DNA from: Nitrospirales bacterium
GTDB taxonomy: Bacteria > Nitrospirota > Nitrospiria > Nitrospirales > UBA8639
Assembly: GCA_963555755.3 (NCBI GenBank)
Contig: OY820905.2
Span: 2,304,001-2,368,000, forward strand
Direction: 5' to 3'
DNA length: 64,000 nt
Numbering within the stretch: position 1 is the first letter of the stretch; every line of letters begins with the position of its first letter. Both the position numbers and the translations under genes were made by a program. Below the pieces are notes generated by a model. It was not told where the DNA came from. It worked only from the letters and a program-made list of their open reading frames with translations, and ran no database searches. Positions 18,309 to 27,815 of this stretch are shown here, piece by piece.

Positions 18309-19589
18309 ATGGCTTTTCACCCAGCAACACGGGAAGACTTACGAATTGGCTTGTATATCAAGTTAGTCGGGAATTGGTTTGCCCATCCCTTTTCTAAGAG
18401 TAGCTTCAAAATTAAAGAGGAGAAGGACCTGGCCACCCTCCGGGCCCTTCGCAACTACAAAATTCTGTATGATCCAGAACAGTCCGATCCTTTGCCATCT
18501 TCAGAAATGGAAGATGGCAGCTGCGAAGATGTAAACACTTCTCTTGACCCGTCATCAACTCCAATTGAAGAAAATCACCAAAAGGAAATTTCTCCGTACA
18601 TCAATAGCCCAGGAAAGCTCCAAGCCAATCAGGCAAGGCTAGAGAAACTCAAGGGGGCTGAAAAGGACTACCAAGAGGTTCTCCAGCAAAATAAAGATAG
18701 TATTCGAGAGGTAAAAGCAGGGTATGCCAAAGGGGTCATAAAGGTCGAAAACTTGGTTAATACCCTCGGGGAGATTCTGGATCAAAATGGGACCTTAGTG
18801 ACCCTCATGAATTTCACCGGCACCCAGGAAACTGGCGACGATTTTAACCACCATTCTCTGAATGTGTGTATGTTGTCTATGGTGCTTGGGCAAGGCTTGG
18901 ATTTACCTCAAGACGAGATCAAGACGTTAGGCATCGGGGCCCTTTTCCATGATATTGGCGAACTAGAGGGAGAAGGAATGTTCATCCAAAAAGAGTCTAA
19001 GATGAACAAACACGAACAACAGTTTTTACGGAACCACCCCAAAAATGGAAGAAAAATGGTTGAGGGATTTGGGTTTCCCAAACCCATTCTAGAAATTATC
19101 TCGCAACATCACGAACGGTTAAATGGAATTGGATACCCCGAAGGGCTCAAAGAAGATTCCATTCACTTACTGTCCAAAATTGTCATGGTGGCGGATGCGT
19201 ATGATGAACTGTGTACTAATCCACAATCTGAAAAAAGCCTGACTCCTTATGAAGCCATCAGCAGAATCTATGCCAAGCGCCAGGATGAATTTTGGGAGAA
19301 AGCGGTTTTAGCCCTTATTCAAAATCTAGGAGTGTATCCCCCCAGTTCAATAGTAGAAATGTCTGACGGTGTCTTCGGAATGGTCACCAGGATTAACCTC
19401 CTTGATCGTATGCGTCCCACCGTGATGCTCTATAATGCTGATATTCCCAGAGAGGAAGCCATCATTGTGGACCTTCAACAGGAACCCAGTGTGACCATTA
19501 AACTTAGCCTGCGCCCAAGGGATGTCCCAAGGGAAATCTGGAAATACCTCAATCCTCGGGGAATGATCAGCTACTTTGCCTATCACTGA
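18309..19589 (+). CDS. HD-GYP c-di-GMP phosphodiesterase with N-terminal DUF3391-like domain
   Basis: LRIGLYIKL..WFAHPF, HSLNV, FHDIG, HHERLNGIGYP, VADAYD, GVYP. Confidence 0.87.
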   Translation: MAFHPATREDLRIGLYIKLVGNWFAHPFSKSSFKIKEEKDLATLRALRNYKILYDPEQSDPLPSSEMEDGSCEDVNTSLDPSSTPIEENHQKEISPYINSPGKLQANQARLEKLKGAEKDYQEVLQQNKDSIREVKAGYAKGVIKVENLVNTLGEILDQNGTLVTLMNFTGTQETGDDFNHHSLNVCMLSMVLGQGLDLPQDEIKTLGIGALFHDIGELEGEGMFIQKESKMNKHEQQFLRNHPKNGRKMVEGFGFPKPILEIISQHHERLNGIGYPEGLKEDSIHLLSKIVMVADAYDELCTNPQSEKSLTPYEAISRIYAKRQDEFWEKAVLALIQNLGVYPPSSIVEMSDGVFGMVTRINLLDRMRPTVMLYNADIPREEAIIVDLQQEPSVTIKLSLRPRDVPREIWKYLNPRGMISYFAYH

Positions 19590-19613
19590 GCCACCTCCAG
19601 CCCCTAAACCTCA

Positions 19614-19680
19614 AGGGCACCTCTAAAAACCGTCCTTTTCCGTGATGGCGGCGTCAGCCGCGTGCTCAAATCCTCATGTA
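19614..19680 (+). repeat. MITE family A, left half only
   Basis: agggcacctctaaaaaccgtcc...cctcatgta matches the start of the copy at 42851. Confidence 0.85.
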
Positions 19681-19687
19681 ACCCCTT

Positions 19688-21436
19688 TTAGGCACTCGGT
19701 GTCGGGATCAAACTTTTCTGGGGAGCGCTTTGTGCTTTCGAGGCTGGTTTTTCGGATGAAGGTTTACTCGGAGTGAGCAACGCTTGCCCACGGAGCTTGC
19801 GGTGGTAGGTGATGGCGAAGCGGTGGGCTTCATCACGAATGCGTTGAACGAGGTGGGATGCTGATGACGAAGGAGAAAGGATCAGTGGCTCACGAATGCC
19901 TGGTGAATAGATTCGCTCTTCTTTTTCGCCTTTGGCTTTGGCCAATCCGATTATCGGCACATGCTTGATCCCCAAATTCGTGAGTGCCTCAATCGCGGCT
20001 CCAAGCTGACCGATGCCGCCGTCGATCAGAATCAAGTCTGGAAGGGGCAAGCCCTTGTCGTTATTGGCACTCAGTGAGCCGCCATACCGACGGTTAACGA
20101 CTTCGTGCATGCTGGCAAAGTCATTGGCGCCTTCAACGGTTTTCACTTTGAAGCGCCGGTAGTCGGCTTTTTTCATTTGCCCGTCTTCCCACACCACCAT
20201 CGAGGCCACAGAATCCGTGCCCATAGTATTCGAAATATCAAATCCTTCGATGCGGCCTAATGCCTTGGGAAGGCGAAGGAGTTGTTGAAGCTCCTTGGCT
20301 TCTTTTTCTTCGACTACGCCTTTTCGCAAGTGCTCCGCGATGGCGGCGACGGCATTCTCTTGTGCGAGTTGCAACAGCTGATATTTGACTCCGCGCTCTG
20401 GGGTGAGTATGCGAACGGCTTGCCCCTTTTTGTCTGACAACCATCGTTGGATCAACTCCCGTTCCCCCAATTTCGAGGGGATCAACACTTCCTTTGGCGG
20501 CAACATGTCCTTGTTGTAGAACTGTTCAATCGTCGACCGAATGAGCTCTTCATCAGAGGCCTCTTTTGTATCTGCCCAGAAAAAGTCCTTTCGCCCAATG
20601 AGCTGCCCTCCTCGCACAAACAAGAGTTGCAAATCGGCTGCGGGACCCATGCGTGCCAAGCCCATCACGTCCTGATCCACCGGACCAATTTGGGCGACCC
20701 GTTGTTTTTCCAAGGTCTTGGAGACTTTCGCAATCCGATCCCGCAAACGAGCCGCCTCTTCAAACTCCTCCCGATCAGCGGCGGTTTCCATGTCCGCACG
20801 TAGCCCATCGAGTAATTCTCGGTCTCGGCCTTCTAAAAAGAACCGGACTTGTTTGACGATGCGATGATACTCTTCTTGGGATTGATTACCGGTACACGGC
20901 GCCATGCAGCGTTTGATTTCAAACTCGATGCATGCCCGGTCGGCTGTGCCATCGATATTGATTTTACAGGTGGCCAACGGGAAGACCTTCTTGATGACTT
21001 TTAACGTTTCACGCAACGCCCCGGCTGGTACGTACGGACCAAAATACAACGCACCGTCGCGTTTCACCCGCCGCACGATCGATAGCCGCGGGAAATGTTC
21101 TTTGATTGGAAGCCGAAGGTAAGGGTAATGCTTATCATCACGAAGTACGACATTGAACCGCGGACGATGGCGCTTGACCAAATTGCTTTCCAGCAAGAGC
21201 GCTTCGAGTTCCGATTTGGTCACAATGGTTTCGATGTCCTGCACGAGCCCAATTAATACTCGGTTTTTGGGACTCAGGTCGGTCCCTTTTAGAAAATAGG
21301 ATCGCACTCGATCGGTCAAGACCCGCGCCTTGCCGATGTACAGGATTTCTCCCTGCTTTCCTTTCATCAAGTACACGCCAGGCTGCTTGGGAAGATGATC
21401 GAGAGTGGCTTGGAAGTCGGAGGCGGGTTGTGTCAT
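19688..21436 (-). CDS. uvrC: excinuclease ABC subunit C (no C-terminal HhH domain visible)
   Basis: PGVYLM, YIGKA, ALLLE, PRFN, YFGPY, IEGFDISN, LIDGGIGQL, RDEAHRFA. Confidence 0.95.
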   Translation of the reverse strand: MTQPASDFQATLDHLPKQPGVYLMKGKQGEILYIGKARVLTDRVRSYFLKGTDLSPKNRVLIGLVQDIETIVTKSELEALLLESNLVKRHRPRFNVVLRDDKHYPYLRLPIKEHFPRLSIVRRVKRDGALYFGPYVPAGALRETLKVIKKVFPLATCKINIDGTADRACIEFEIKRCMAPCTGNQSQEEYHRIVKQVRFFLEGRDRELLDGLRADMETAADREEFEEAARLRDRIAKVSKTLEKQRVAQIGPVDQDVMGLARMGPAADLQLLFVRGGQLIGRKDFFWADTKEASDEELIRSTIEQFYNKDMLPPKEVLIPSKLGERELIQRWLSDKKGQAVRILTPERGVKYQLLQLAQENAVAAIAEHLRKGVVEEKEAKELQQLLRLPKALGRIEGFDISNTMGTDSVASMVVWEDGQMKKADYRRFKVKTVEGANDFASMHEVVNRRYGGSLSANNDKGLPLPDLILIDGGIGQLGAAIEALTNLGIKHVPIIGLAKAKGEKEERIYSPGIREPLILSPSSSASHLVQRIRDEAHRFAITYHRKLRGQALLTPSKPSSEKPASKAQSAPQKSLIPTPSA

Positions 21437-21448
21437 TTGGTCAAGCCT

Positions 21449-21524
21449 CGTGATGCGTGATCCGTGATGGGTAATGCGTAAAAAAATTCGTTTCTCCACC
21501 CTTCACGCATCACGCTTTACGTCT
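21449..21524. repeat. heptamer-based inverted tandem repeat (CGTGATG / TCACGCA)
   Basis: cgtgatg cgtgatc cgtgatg ... tcacgca tcacgct; related copy at 62254-62336. Confidence 0.7.
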
Positions 21525-21525
21525 T

Positions 21526-21924
21526 TTAGACAATGATGGTGCCCGGCGGCCTCTCAATCAACTCCACTTCATAGCCATCTGGCGCATCGATGAAAATAAA
21601 TCGGCTGCCAGATGAGCTTTGAGTCGGACCGTCGGTGATAGGCACATTCTTCGCATTCAGCTCCTCAATGGTCCGATCGAGATTGTCGACTTCAAACGCT
21701 AAATGCACGAGGTCTTCTTGCACGATCACGGGGCCACTAGCGGGGAAGCTACACAGTTCAATCAGTTCCTCACTATTGGGGACAGCTAAAAAGGCTAAAT
21801 GCGATCCACGCGGCGACACTTTGCGTTCGAGGACCTCAAGTCCCAACACGTCCTGATAAAACGCAATGGTTTGATCCATATCGCTGACCCGCATTCGGGT
21901 ATGTAGCAATTTTTTCACGTTCAT
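21526..21924 (-). CDS. glyoxalase / lactoylglutathione lyase family (VOC) protein
   Basis: LLHTRMRVSD, FYQDVLG, HLAFEV, FIDAPDGYEVELIE. Confidence 0.85.
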   Translation of the reverse strand: MNVKKLLHTRMRVSDMDQTIAFYQDVLGLEVLERKVSPRGSHLAFLAVPNSEELIELCSFPASGPVIVQEDLVHLAFEVDNLDRTIEELNAKNVPITDGPTQSSSGSRFIFIDAPDGYEVELIERPPGTIIV

Positions 21925-22204
21925 GGTGACTCTACCCTCTTCAAAATCTTTTCTAATACCTTGATTGTGATCTATTGTACTCGAGCCCTTCCCTTCCAAC
22001 AAGAAACAGCATGCTGACAACACCTCGCCGGTTTTCAAGGCATTCCCCTGTATTGCCTAGGCTTTTGTGTTGGCATACACTAGGCCGTCTACTTAATGGA
22101 TTCATCATAGACAAGGAAATACGGCAAGCCTTTCCCAAGGCTCCCACCTAAAAGGTTCGTCGAAGTCACGAGTGATGATCGCGCCTCGAGGAATACACAC
22201 CAAC

Positions 22205-23599
22205 ATGCGTTTCTTTTTAGTTCAGGCCGGCGTCCTTCTACTTTTTCTTGTGGGAGTGAACACGTCCCTGCATGCTGAGGCGTTTCGTATTCTTGACCAA
22301 AGCGCTGCAGCTACAGGGCAAGGCACGGCTTTCGCGGCTCAAGCGGATGAACCATCGGCGGTGTATTTTAATCCCGCGGCGATGACCCAATTGCCGGGCA
22401 TTCAAGTATCCGCGGGAATACTCTTCGTCAACGGAGATATCAATTTCACCCCGACCACCAGGCCCATGGTGGAAGGGGATTTTGGATCGACCATCGCCAA
22501 TCCACCTCCCACTAGCCTCTACATCACCGCCAATCTGGGAGACTTGGGATTTTCCTCATTCAAAAAAGTCACGCTTGGGATGGGCATCAACTCCCCCTTT
22601 GGGAATCTGATGAACTATCCCACGAGCGGCTCTCTCTCTCCGGTCCTCACGTCTTCCGCTTTCCCACTTGTCGATTTTAAGCCAACCCTGGCCATCGAAT
22701 TCAACGAGTTTCTTTCCGTAGGATTCGGGTTAGATATTTATACATTTTTGGATGCCATCGGCGAGGGACATGTCGAATTTCAACAAGCCGGTGCTGACCT
22801 CGTCGGGACTGACTTAGCTTCTTTACCCACTGACCGCATTGAACTGAATGGAACGGATACCGCGTTGGGATTTAATGTCAGCTTTCTTTTAACACCCTTT
22901 CGAAATGACCAAGGGAAACCCATTGTCAACGTGGCATTTGTCTATCGAAGCCACACGGAATTAGAACTAGAGGGACAGTTTTTAAATCAAACAACAGGTC
23001 TAATCTTGGGCTCAAAAGCCTCCTTAAACTTGCCGCAAATCTTCACCACAGGCGTGGCAGTCTGGCCCATCCGCAATGCCCAACGCGAGTGGAAAATCGA
23101 ATTTGATTTTGATTACGCGGATTGGACATCTTTTAAAAATCTGGACGTGACTCTTTCGAATGGACTGGTGCTTCCGAAACCACGAAATTGGCTCCCGGCG
23201 TACATTCTTATGTTAGGGACCGAGTATAAACTCTTAAACCCGGTTCAGTTCCCCCATTGGGAATTGGCGTTTCGAGGCGGTTATGTCTTTTCAGATAGCC
23301 CCATACCGGAGGCCACCTTTAAACCCGATGTGCCTGGATCGAATTACCATGCGCTTTCGATCGGGTTTGGATTTCTTTGTACGAAACAAGGCATGTTTCT
23401 GGGATTCATTCGTTGCGGGAACGATGGCACAACTTTTATTGGCACCACCGCCATTGGTATTGATCTTGCCTATCAGGCCATTCTGTACAACGCCCGTGGA
23501 ATCAACAATAATGACGATCCCAGGGTGAATGGCATATGGGACACCACCATTCACGTCGGTGCGCTCAACCTCCGAACCAATTTTGAACTGACTCGATAA
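22205..23599 (+). CDS. FadL/OmpP1/TodX outer-membrane long-chain fatty acid transporter family
   Basis: Signal peptide then FRILDQSAAATGQG, ADEPSAVYFNPAAM, GINSPFG, YADWTSF. Confidence 0.85.
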   Translation: MRFFLVQAGVLLLFLVGVNTSLHAEAFRILDQSAAATGQGTAFAAQADEPSAVYFNPAAMTQLPGIQVSAGILFVNGDINFTPTTRPMVEGDFGSTIANPPPTSLYITANLGDLGFSSFKKVTLGMGINSPFGNLMNYPTSGSLSPVLTSSAFPLVDFKPTLAIEFNEFLSVGFGLDIYTFLDAIGEGHVEFQQAGADLVGTDLASLPTDRIELNGTDTALGFNVSFLLTPFRNDQGKPIVNVAFVYRSHTELELEGQFLNQTTGLILGSKASLNLPQIFTTGVAVWPIRNAQREWKIEFDFDYADWTSFKNLDVTLSNGLVLPKPRNWLPAYILMLGTEYKLLNPVQFPHWELAFRGGYVFSDSPIPEATFKPDVPGSNYHALSIGFGFLCTKQGMFLGFIRCGNDGTTFIGTTAIGIDLAYQAILYNARGINNNDDPRVNGIWDTTIHVGALNLRTNFELTR

Positions 23600-23701
23600 C
23601 CTCGCCACCCTCATATTCTTTCTCTTCACACCTTCTTTTCGCCACCGTGTTTCGTGTACCCTCGGCAGTTGAACTTCAGGGGACCTCCCGAAATCCTTAC
23701 C

Positions 23702-26020
23702 ATGAACGATTGGCTGCCCAAATCTCACCGCATCCTGGAAAAAGGCTCGATGGCCTTTCAACCGTTCGGCAAACATCCCGACGACCACAACATTCGAGAT
23801 GTCAGTGGAGTCACTGTTCGCGCCAACGTGGAATTTCTGGAAGACCTGGTCAGTCGAACCAAAGGATCACCAGCCGGAGCCCACGCGGTTGAAGACCTCA
23901 TCCGGCGTTTGAATGAACGGATTCCGGATTCCACCTACCACGTCACCCAAGAATTGATTCGAAACCCCTGGAACAGTTATTCTTACGAGTTTGTCATATT
24001 TCTAGCCGAGTTTTGCGTGATTCTGAGTGAGGATGAGAAATTTCACATTAACCTGGGCCGGGAAAAATTGCTATCACCCCTCGTGCAAATCTTGGGCCGA
24101 CCGTTTTCGATCGCCCAGATCTATTCCATGTTTCCCCACTTTGCGGAAAAATTCGGCAAGGACGCACTCAAACCCGAAGTGGTGTCTTCCAAAAACGGGC
24201 TCGCGATCTTGCGGTTGCGATTGAGTGAGGAAACCGCCCAACAATTTGGGCCATACCGCAATGGATGCGCGGAGCGTATCTGTCAATCCGGGAAACATGC
24301 GTTGGGGCAGATTCCATCACAAATGTTTCATCTTCACCCTGCTTCCATTATGGAACCTTCTTGCATGGCGGACGGAGCCGATTACTGCGAATGGCATATA
24401 TCGTGGACACCGCAACCTTCGAGTTTTTGGCTCTGGCCAATGGCGGGGATCCTCCTCAGCCTTGTCCTCTTCAGTTGGCTTTCTTTGAGTGCTGGAGACC
24501 TGTCATTTTTCACCATGGCAGGCCTCGCCTCGATTCCAACCATTCTTCTTTGGCTCGGGGGCCTGGTGTGGACAGATCGCCAAGCGGTTCAGAATCAACA
24601 ACAGGTGATCCAAGAGCAGTTGGATTCCGTGGAGTTTCAGCACGAAGCCCTTCGCGAAGCCTATCTCAAACAAGAACATACCAACGTGGATCTTCATCGC
24701 AAAATTCGTGAGCAGACGATGTTTCGTGATATTGCGGTACGCCTCAGTTCGACGCTGGACCAGGATGCCGTGATCCAGGTAGGGTTGGACGCCATCACCC
24801 GCGATTTACCCTATGACCGTGCGATGATTACACGATTTGACGCTACTCGTCAGATTGCCAGTCAGGCTCATGTGAAAGGGGTGTCAGATGAGTTAGCGGC
24901 CGTGGCCAATTCCTTCGAAATTCCCATTTCCGACCCAACCAGTTTTGAAGGCACGCTGCTGCTTCAAGGCCAACCCGCCCTGGTCAACGACGTCAAAACC
25001 ATTTGGTCATCGCTGCACCCCGTGAACCAGCAATTGGTCACAGCCATGAACACCCACGCGTTTATCGCCGTGCCGTTGAAATTCCAAGACACCATGCTGG
25101 GTGCACTGATGGTGGACCGGCGATCAACCATTCCGTTCACGCAAGATGATGTCTCTATTTTACTGACAGTCGGCCATCATATCGCACTGGCCCTTCACAA
25201 TGCCCGTGCCTATACCGATCTGCAAACATTGAATCAACAACTGGAAGCCAAGGTACAGGAACGGACGTTTGATCTTGAGCAAGCCAACCGCCACCTCGAA
25301 ACTACGAATGCGCAGCTTGCGGAATTAAACGAAACCAAGTCGCGGTTTCTTGCGCATTGTTCGCATGAACTTCGTACACCCCTGGCCTCGATCAAGGGCT
25401 TTTCGGAAAATTTACTGTCTGGGTTAGGCGGGGCATTAACCACCAAACAAAAAACCTCACTTCAACGCATTGAAATCAATGCCGACCGTTTGGCGCGTAT
25501 GATTGGCAATCTGCTCGACCTTTCCCAAATCGAGGCTGGGAAGATGCATTTGAATCTGAGTGCATGCGATCTTACGGTGCTGGCGCAGGAAGTGGTGGGA
25601 CATTACCACCCTTTAGCCCAAGCGAAAAACCAGCGCATTGAAGTTCAGGGACCAAATCAGGGCGTCAAACTTTATGCCGACCCTGATCGTGTCACACAGA
25701 TCTTGCTGAATCTCCTTCACAATGCCAGTAAGTTTACCCCGGAAGGAGAAACGATTCTGATCGTGACCGAATTGGTGCCACCCCGGGAAGCCCGTGTATC
25801 CGTCATCGACTCAGGACCAGGCATCCCGGAAGACGCCATCCCGAAATTGTTCGACCCCTTCTTTCAAGCCCACCGCGATCATGAAATGGGCACGAAAGGC
25901 TTGGGCCTAGGGCTCGCCATTGTTCAGCACTTGGTGAACCTTCACGATGGGACCATACACGTGGAAAACCACCAACCCCACGGAGCCACTTTTCGTGTTC
26001 AATTTCCATGTAGGACCTGA
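23702..26020 (+). CDS. sensor histidine kinase (N-terminal H-NOX/V4R-like domain, 2 TM, GAF, HisKA, HATPase)
   Basis: SCMADGADYCEW, GAF segment, CSHELRTPL, NLLHNASKF, DSGPGI, GLGLGLAI; last codons supplied by MITE C. Confidence 0.88.
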   Translation: MNDWLPKSHRILEKGSMAFQPFGKHPDDHNIRDVSGVTVRANVEFLEDLVSRTKGSPAGAHAVEDLIRRLNERIPDSTYHVTQELIRNPWNSYSYEFVIFLAEFCVILSEDEKFHINLGREKLLSPLVQILGRPFSIAQIYSMFPHFAEKFGKDALKPEVVSSKNGLAILRLRLSEETAQQFGPYRNGCAERICQSGKHALGQIPSQMFHLHPASIMEPSCMADGADYCEWHISWTPQPSSFWLWPMAGILLSLVLFSWLSLSAGDLSFFTMAGLASIPTILLWLGGLVWTDRQAVQNQQQVIQEQLDSVEFQHEALREAYLKQEHTNVDLHRKIREQTMFRDIAVRLSSTLDQDAVIQVGLDAITRDLPYDRAMITRFDATRQIASQAHVKGVSDELAAVANSFEIPISDPTSFEGTLLLQGQPALVNDVKTIWSSLHPVNQQLVTAMNTHAFIAVPLKFQDTMLGALMVDRRSTIPFTQDDVSILLTVGHHIALALHNARAYTDLQTLNQQLEAKVQERTFDLEQANRHLETTNAQLAELNETKSRFLAHCSHELRTPLASIKGFSENLLSGLGGALTTKQKTSLQRIEINADRLARMIGNLLDLSQIEAGKMHLNLSACDLTVLAQEVVGHYHPLAQAKNQRIEVQGPNQGVKLYADPDRVTQILLNLLHNASKFTPEGETILIVTELVPPREARVSVIDSGPGIPEDAIPKLFDPFFQAHRDHEMGTKGLGLGLAIVQHLVNLHDGTIHVENHQPHGATFRVQFPCRT

Positions 26021-26193
26021 GAGAAAATAACTTGGGCAATATCGCGCCAAGATTTGGGTCGGATTTGGACGGAACGATTGAGAAAAACTCGAGGCATAGC
26101 ACAGCTATGGTGAGGGTTTTTCGATTGAGGCCCGTTCAAAGATGGCCCGAAGATTGGATGCGAGATTGATCAAGTTATTTTCTCGCAGGTCCT
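26012..26193. repeat. MITE family C (182 bp); further partial copy 26241-26294
   Basis: TIR aggacctgagagaaaataactt / aagttattttctcgcaggtcct; copies at 29857-30038 and 51600-51780. Confidence 0.9.
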
Positions 26194-26507
26194 AAGAGCT
26201 TGCGCGGACTTTTGTGATCCAACTGCTGCTTCTAGGTTCCAAGATGGCCCGAAGATTGGATGCAAGATGTCCAAGTTATTTTCTCTCAGGTCCTAAGGCT
26301 CAATCCTAACTTGGCTTAAAATTCCATCCACTCGATAACACCTCAACATTTTCCTCGGCCTTGGCCTTGGCATCGACCTCTCGTCTTTGTGCCGTTCACT
26401 CCCCGTTCTCCAAGGAGAAATTTCTCACAGACTATTAAGTGGATAGCCGTACTCGCCGATAAACCGGGAAAGTAGGACAATACTTAAACCCGAAGGGAGG
26501 TGATTCC

Positions 26508-26600
26508 ATGGCAGCAGCAAAGAAACCAGCGAAGAAAGCCACCGCGCGTGCGAAAAAAGCACCAGCTCGGAAACAAGCTAGCAGCGCGAAGCGCTGCTAA
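26508..26600 (+). CDS. 30-aa Lys/Ala-rich histone-H1-like small protein MAAAKKPAKKATARAKKAPARKQASSAKRC
   Basis: Strong RBS GGGAGGTGA just upstream of ATG; PAKK-type composition; terminator follows. Confidence 0.8.
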   Translation: MAAAKKPAKKATARAKKAPARKQASSAKRC

Positions 26601-26630
26601 TTCAATAAGGTAGACTTACCTTATGACCAA

Positions 26631-26668
26631 GGCCGGGGAATGACGGAAGTCTTCCCCGGCCATTTTCT
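26631..26668. terminator. intrinsic terminator hairpin
   Basis: ggccggggaa-tgacggaagtc-ttccccggcc followed by attttc. Confidence 0.75.
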
Positions 26669-26700
26669 TCTTCCCACTTCTCTTTCACGAACACCAACCC

Positions 26701-26742
26701 CTAGCCAACCATTTCCTGAACTTTCTTCCACTGGATTCGCAT
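26701..26742 (-). CDS. putative 13-aa peptide MRIQWKKVQEMVG
   Basis: RBS GGAGGAG directly upstream of ATG on the minus strand. Confidence 0.35.
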   Translation of the reverse strand: MRIQWKKVQEMVG

Positions 26743-26754
26743 ACGCTCCTCCAT

Positions 26755-26921
26755 GGGGCGCGCCCCTCGATAGGTTGGCGAGAACCCTATGGCTTGCGAT
26801 ACCCATTGAGTTTCTGTGAACGGGTATGTGATAAATGCCTGTGCATTCTCACAGCCCGGTTCGAGAAGAACTGGGACCGCGTGTCGTACTTCACCTGTTT
26901 AGGTTCATCGAAGAAGTACAC
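26755..26921 (-). ncRNA. putative structured RNA / leader with six consecutive hairpins
   Basis: Back-to-back inverted repeats; TATAAT on the minus strand at 26924-26929; strand uncertain. Confidence 0.45.
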
Positions 26922-26963
26922 ACATTATAGGAAGCGCTACACAAGAGAGGACTTTTCACCAGC

Positions 26964-27815
26964 ATGACCATCAATACTCAAACCCAACTGTGTGGAGTGC
27001 TTGGCAATCCCGTCGAACATTCCCTTTCTCCGGCCATTCACAATGCGGCATTTCAGCACCTCGGGCTGAATTATGTGTATCTCGCCTTTCGCGTTGAACA
27101 GGTGAAGGAAGCGATTCAGGGCATTCGAGCGTTAGGAAACCTTCGGGGATTCAGCGTGACGATTCCGCATAAAGTCTCGGCCATGACCTACTTGGATACA
27201 ATCGATGACACCGCCAGACATATTGGGGCGATCAACACAATCGTCAAAACCGATGGAACGTTAACCGGGTATAACACCGACGCATCAGGTGCGCTGCAGG
27301 CTCTTCGTCAGGCGAAAACGGCGCTCGATGACCAACGTGTCTTGATCTTGGGTTCTGGCGGTGCGGCTCGGGCGATTGCTTTTGGTCTGGCCCTTCATGA
27401 ACGGCTAGCTGGGTTGACCATTCTCGGGATTGTCAATGATGAACGTGCAAACCTTGTCACCGATCTTCGCAAGGGCACCACCGTGGCGATAGAAGAGGCT
27501 CACTTGAGTGAGAAGACCCTAGGGCCAGCCATCGAGCAGGCCCAGGTGCTCATTCATTGCACCCCGCTCGGAATGCATCCAAAGGTCGATCACACCTGCG
27601 TCCCTCAAGACCTTCTCAAAGCTCACCTGACGGTTATGGATATCGTCTATAATCCACGGGAAACTCGCTTGCTTCGGGAAGCCCGAGAAGTGGGATGCGC
27701 CACGATTCCCGGCCTCGAAATGTTTCTTCACCAAGCGGTTACCCAATTTGAGCTCTGGACCGGTCAATCCGCGCCCACTGACGTGATGCGCGAAATTTTA
27801 GAGGCACAGTTTTGA
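26964..27815 (+). CDS. aroE: shikimate dehydrogenase
   Basis: GNPVEHSLSPAIHN, SVTIPHK, GAINT, GYNTD, GSGGAARA, DIVYNP. Confidence 0.95.
   Translation: MTINTQTQLCGVLGNPVEHSLSPAIHNAAFQHLGLNYVYLAFRVEQVKEAIQGIRALGNLRGFSVTIPHKVSAMTYLDTIDDTARHIGAINTIVKTDGTLTGYNTDASGALQALRQAKTALDDQRVLILGSGGAARAIAFGLALHERLAGLTILGIVNDERANLVTDLRKGTTVAIEEAHLSEKTLGPAIEQAQVLIHCTPLGMHPKVDHTCVPQDLLKAHLTVMDIVYNPRETRLLREAREVGCATIPGLEMFLHQAVTQFELWTGQSAPTDVMREILEAQF

Noticed and set aside
26755..26921. 6S RNA, SRP RNA or tmRNA identity
   Set aside because: It forms serial local hairpins rather than one long rod with a central bubble; no tRNA-like ends or SRP motif seen.
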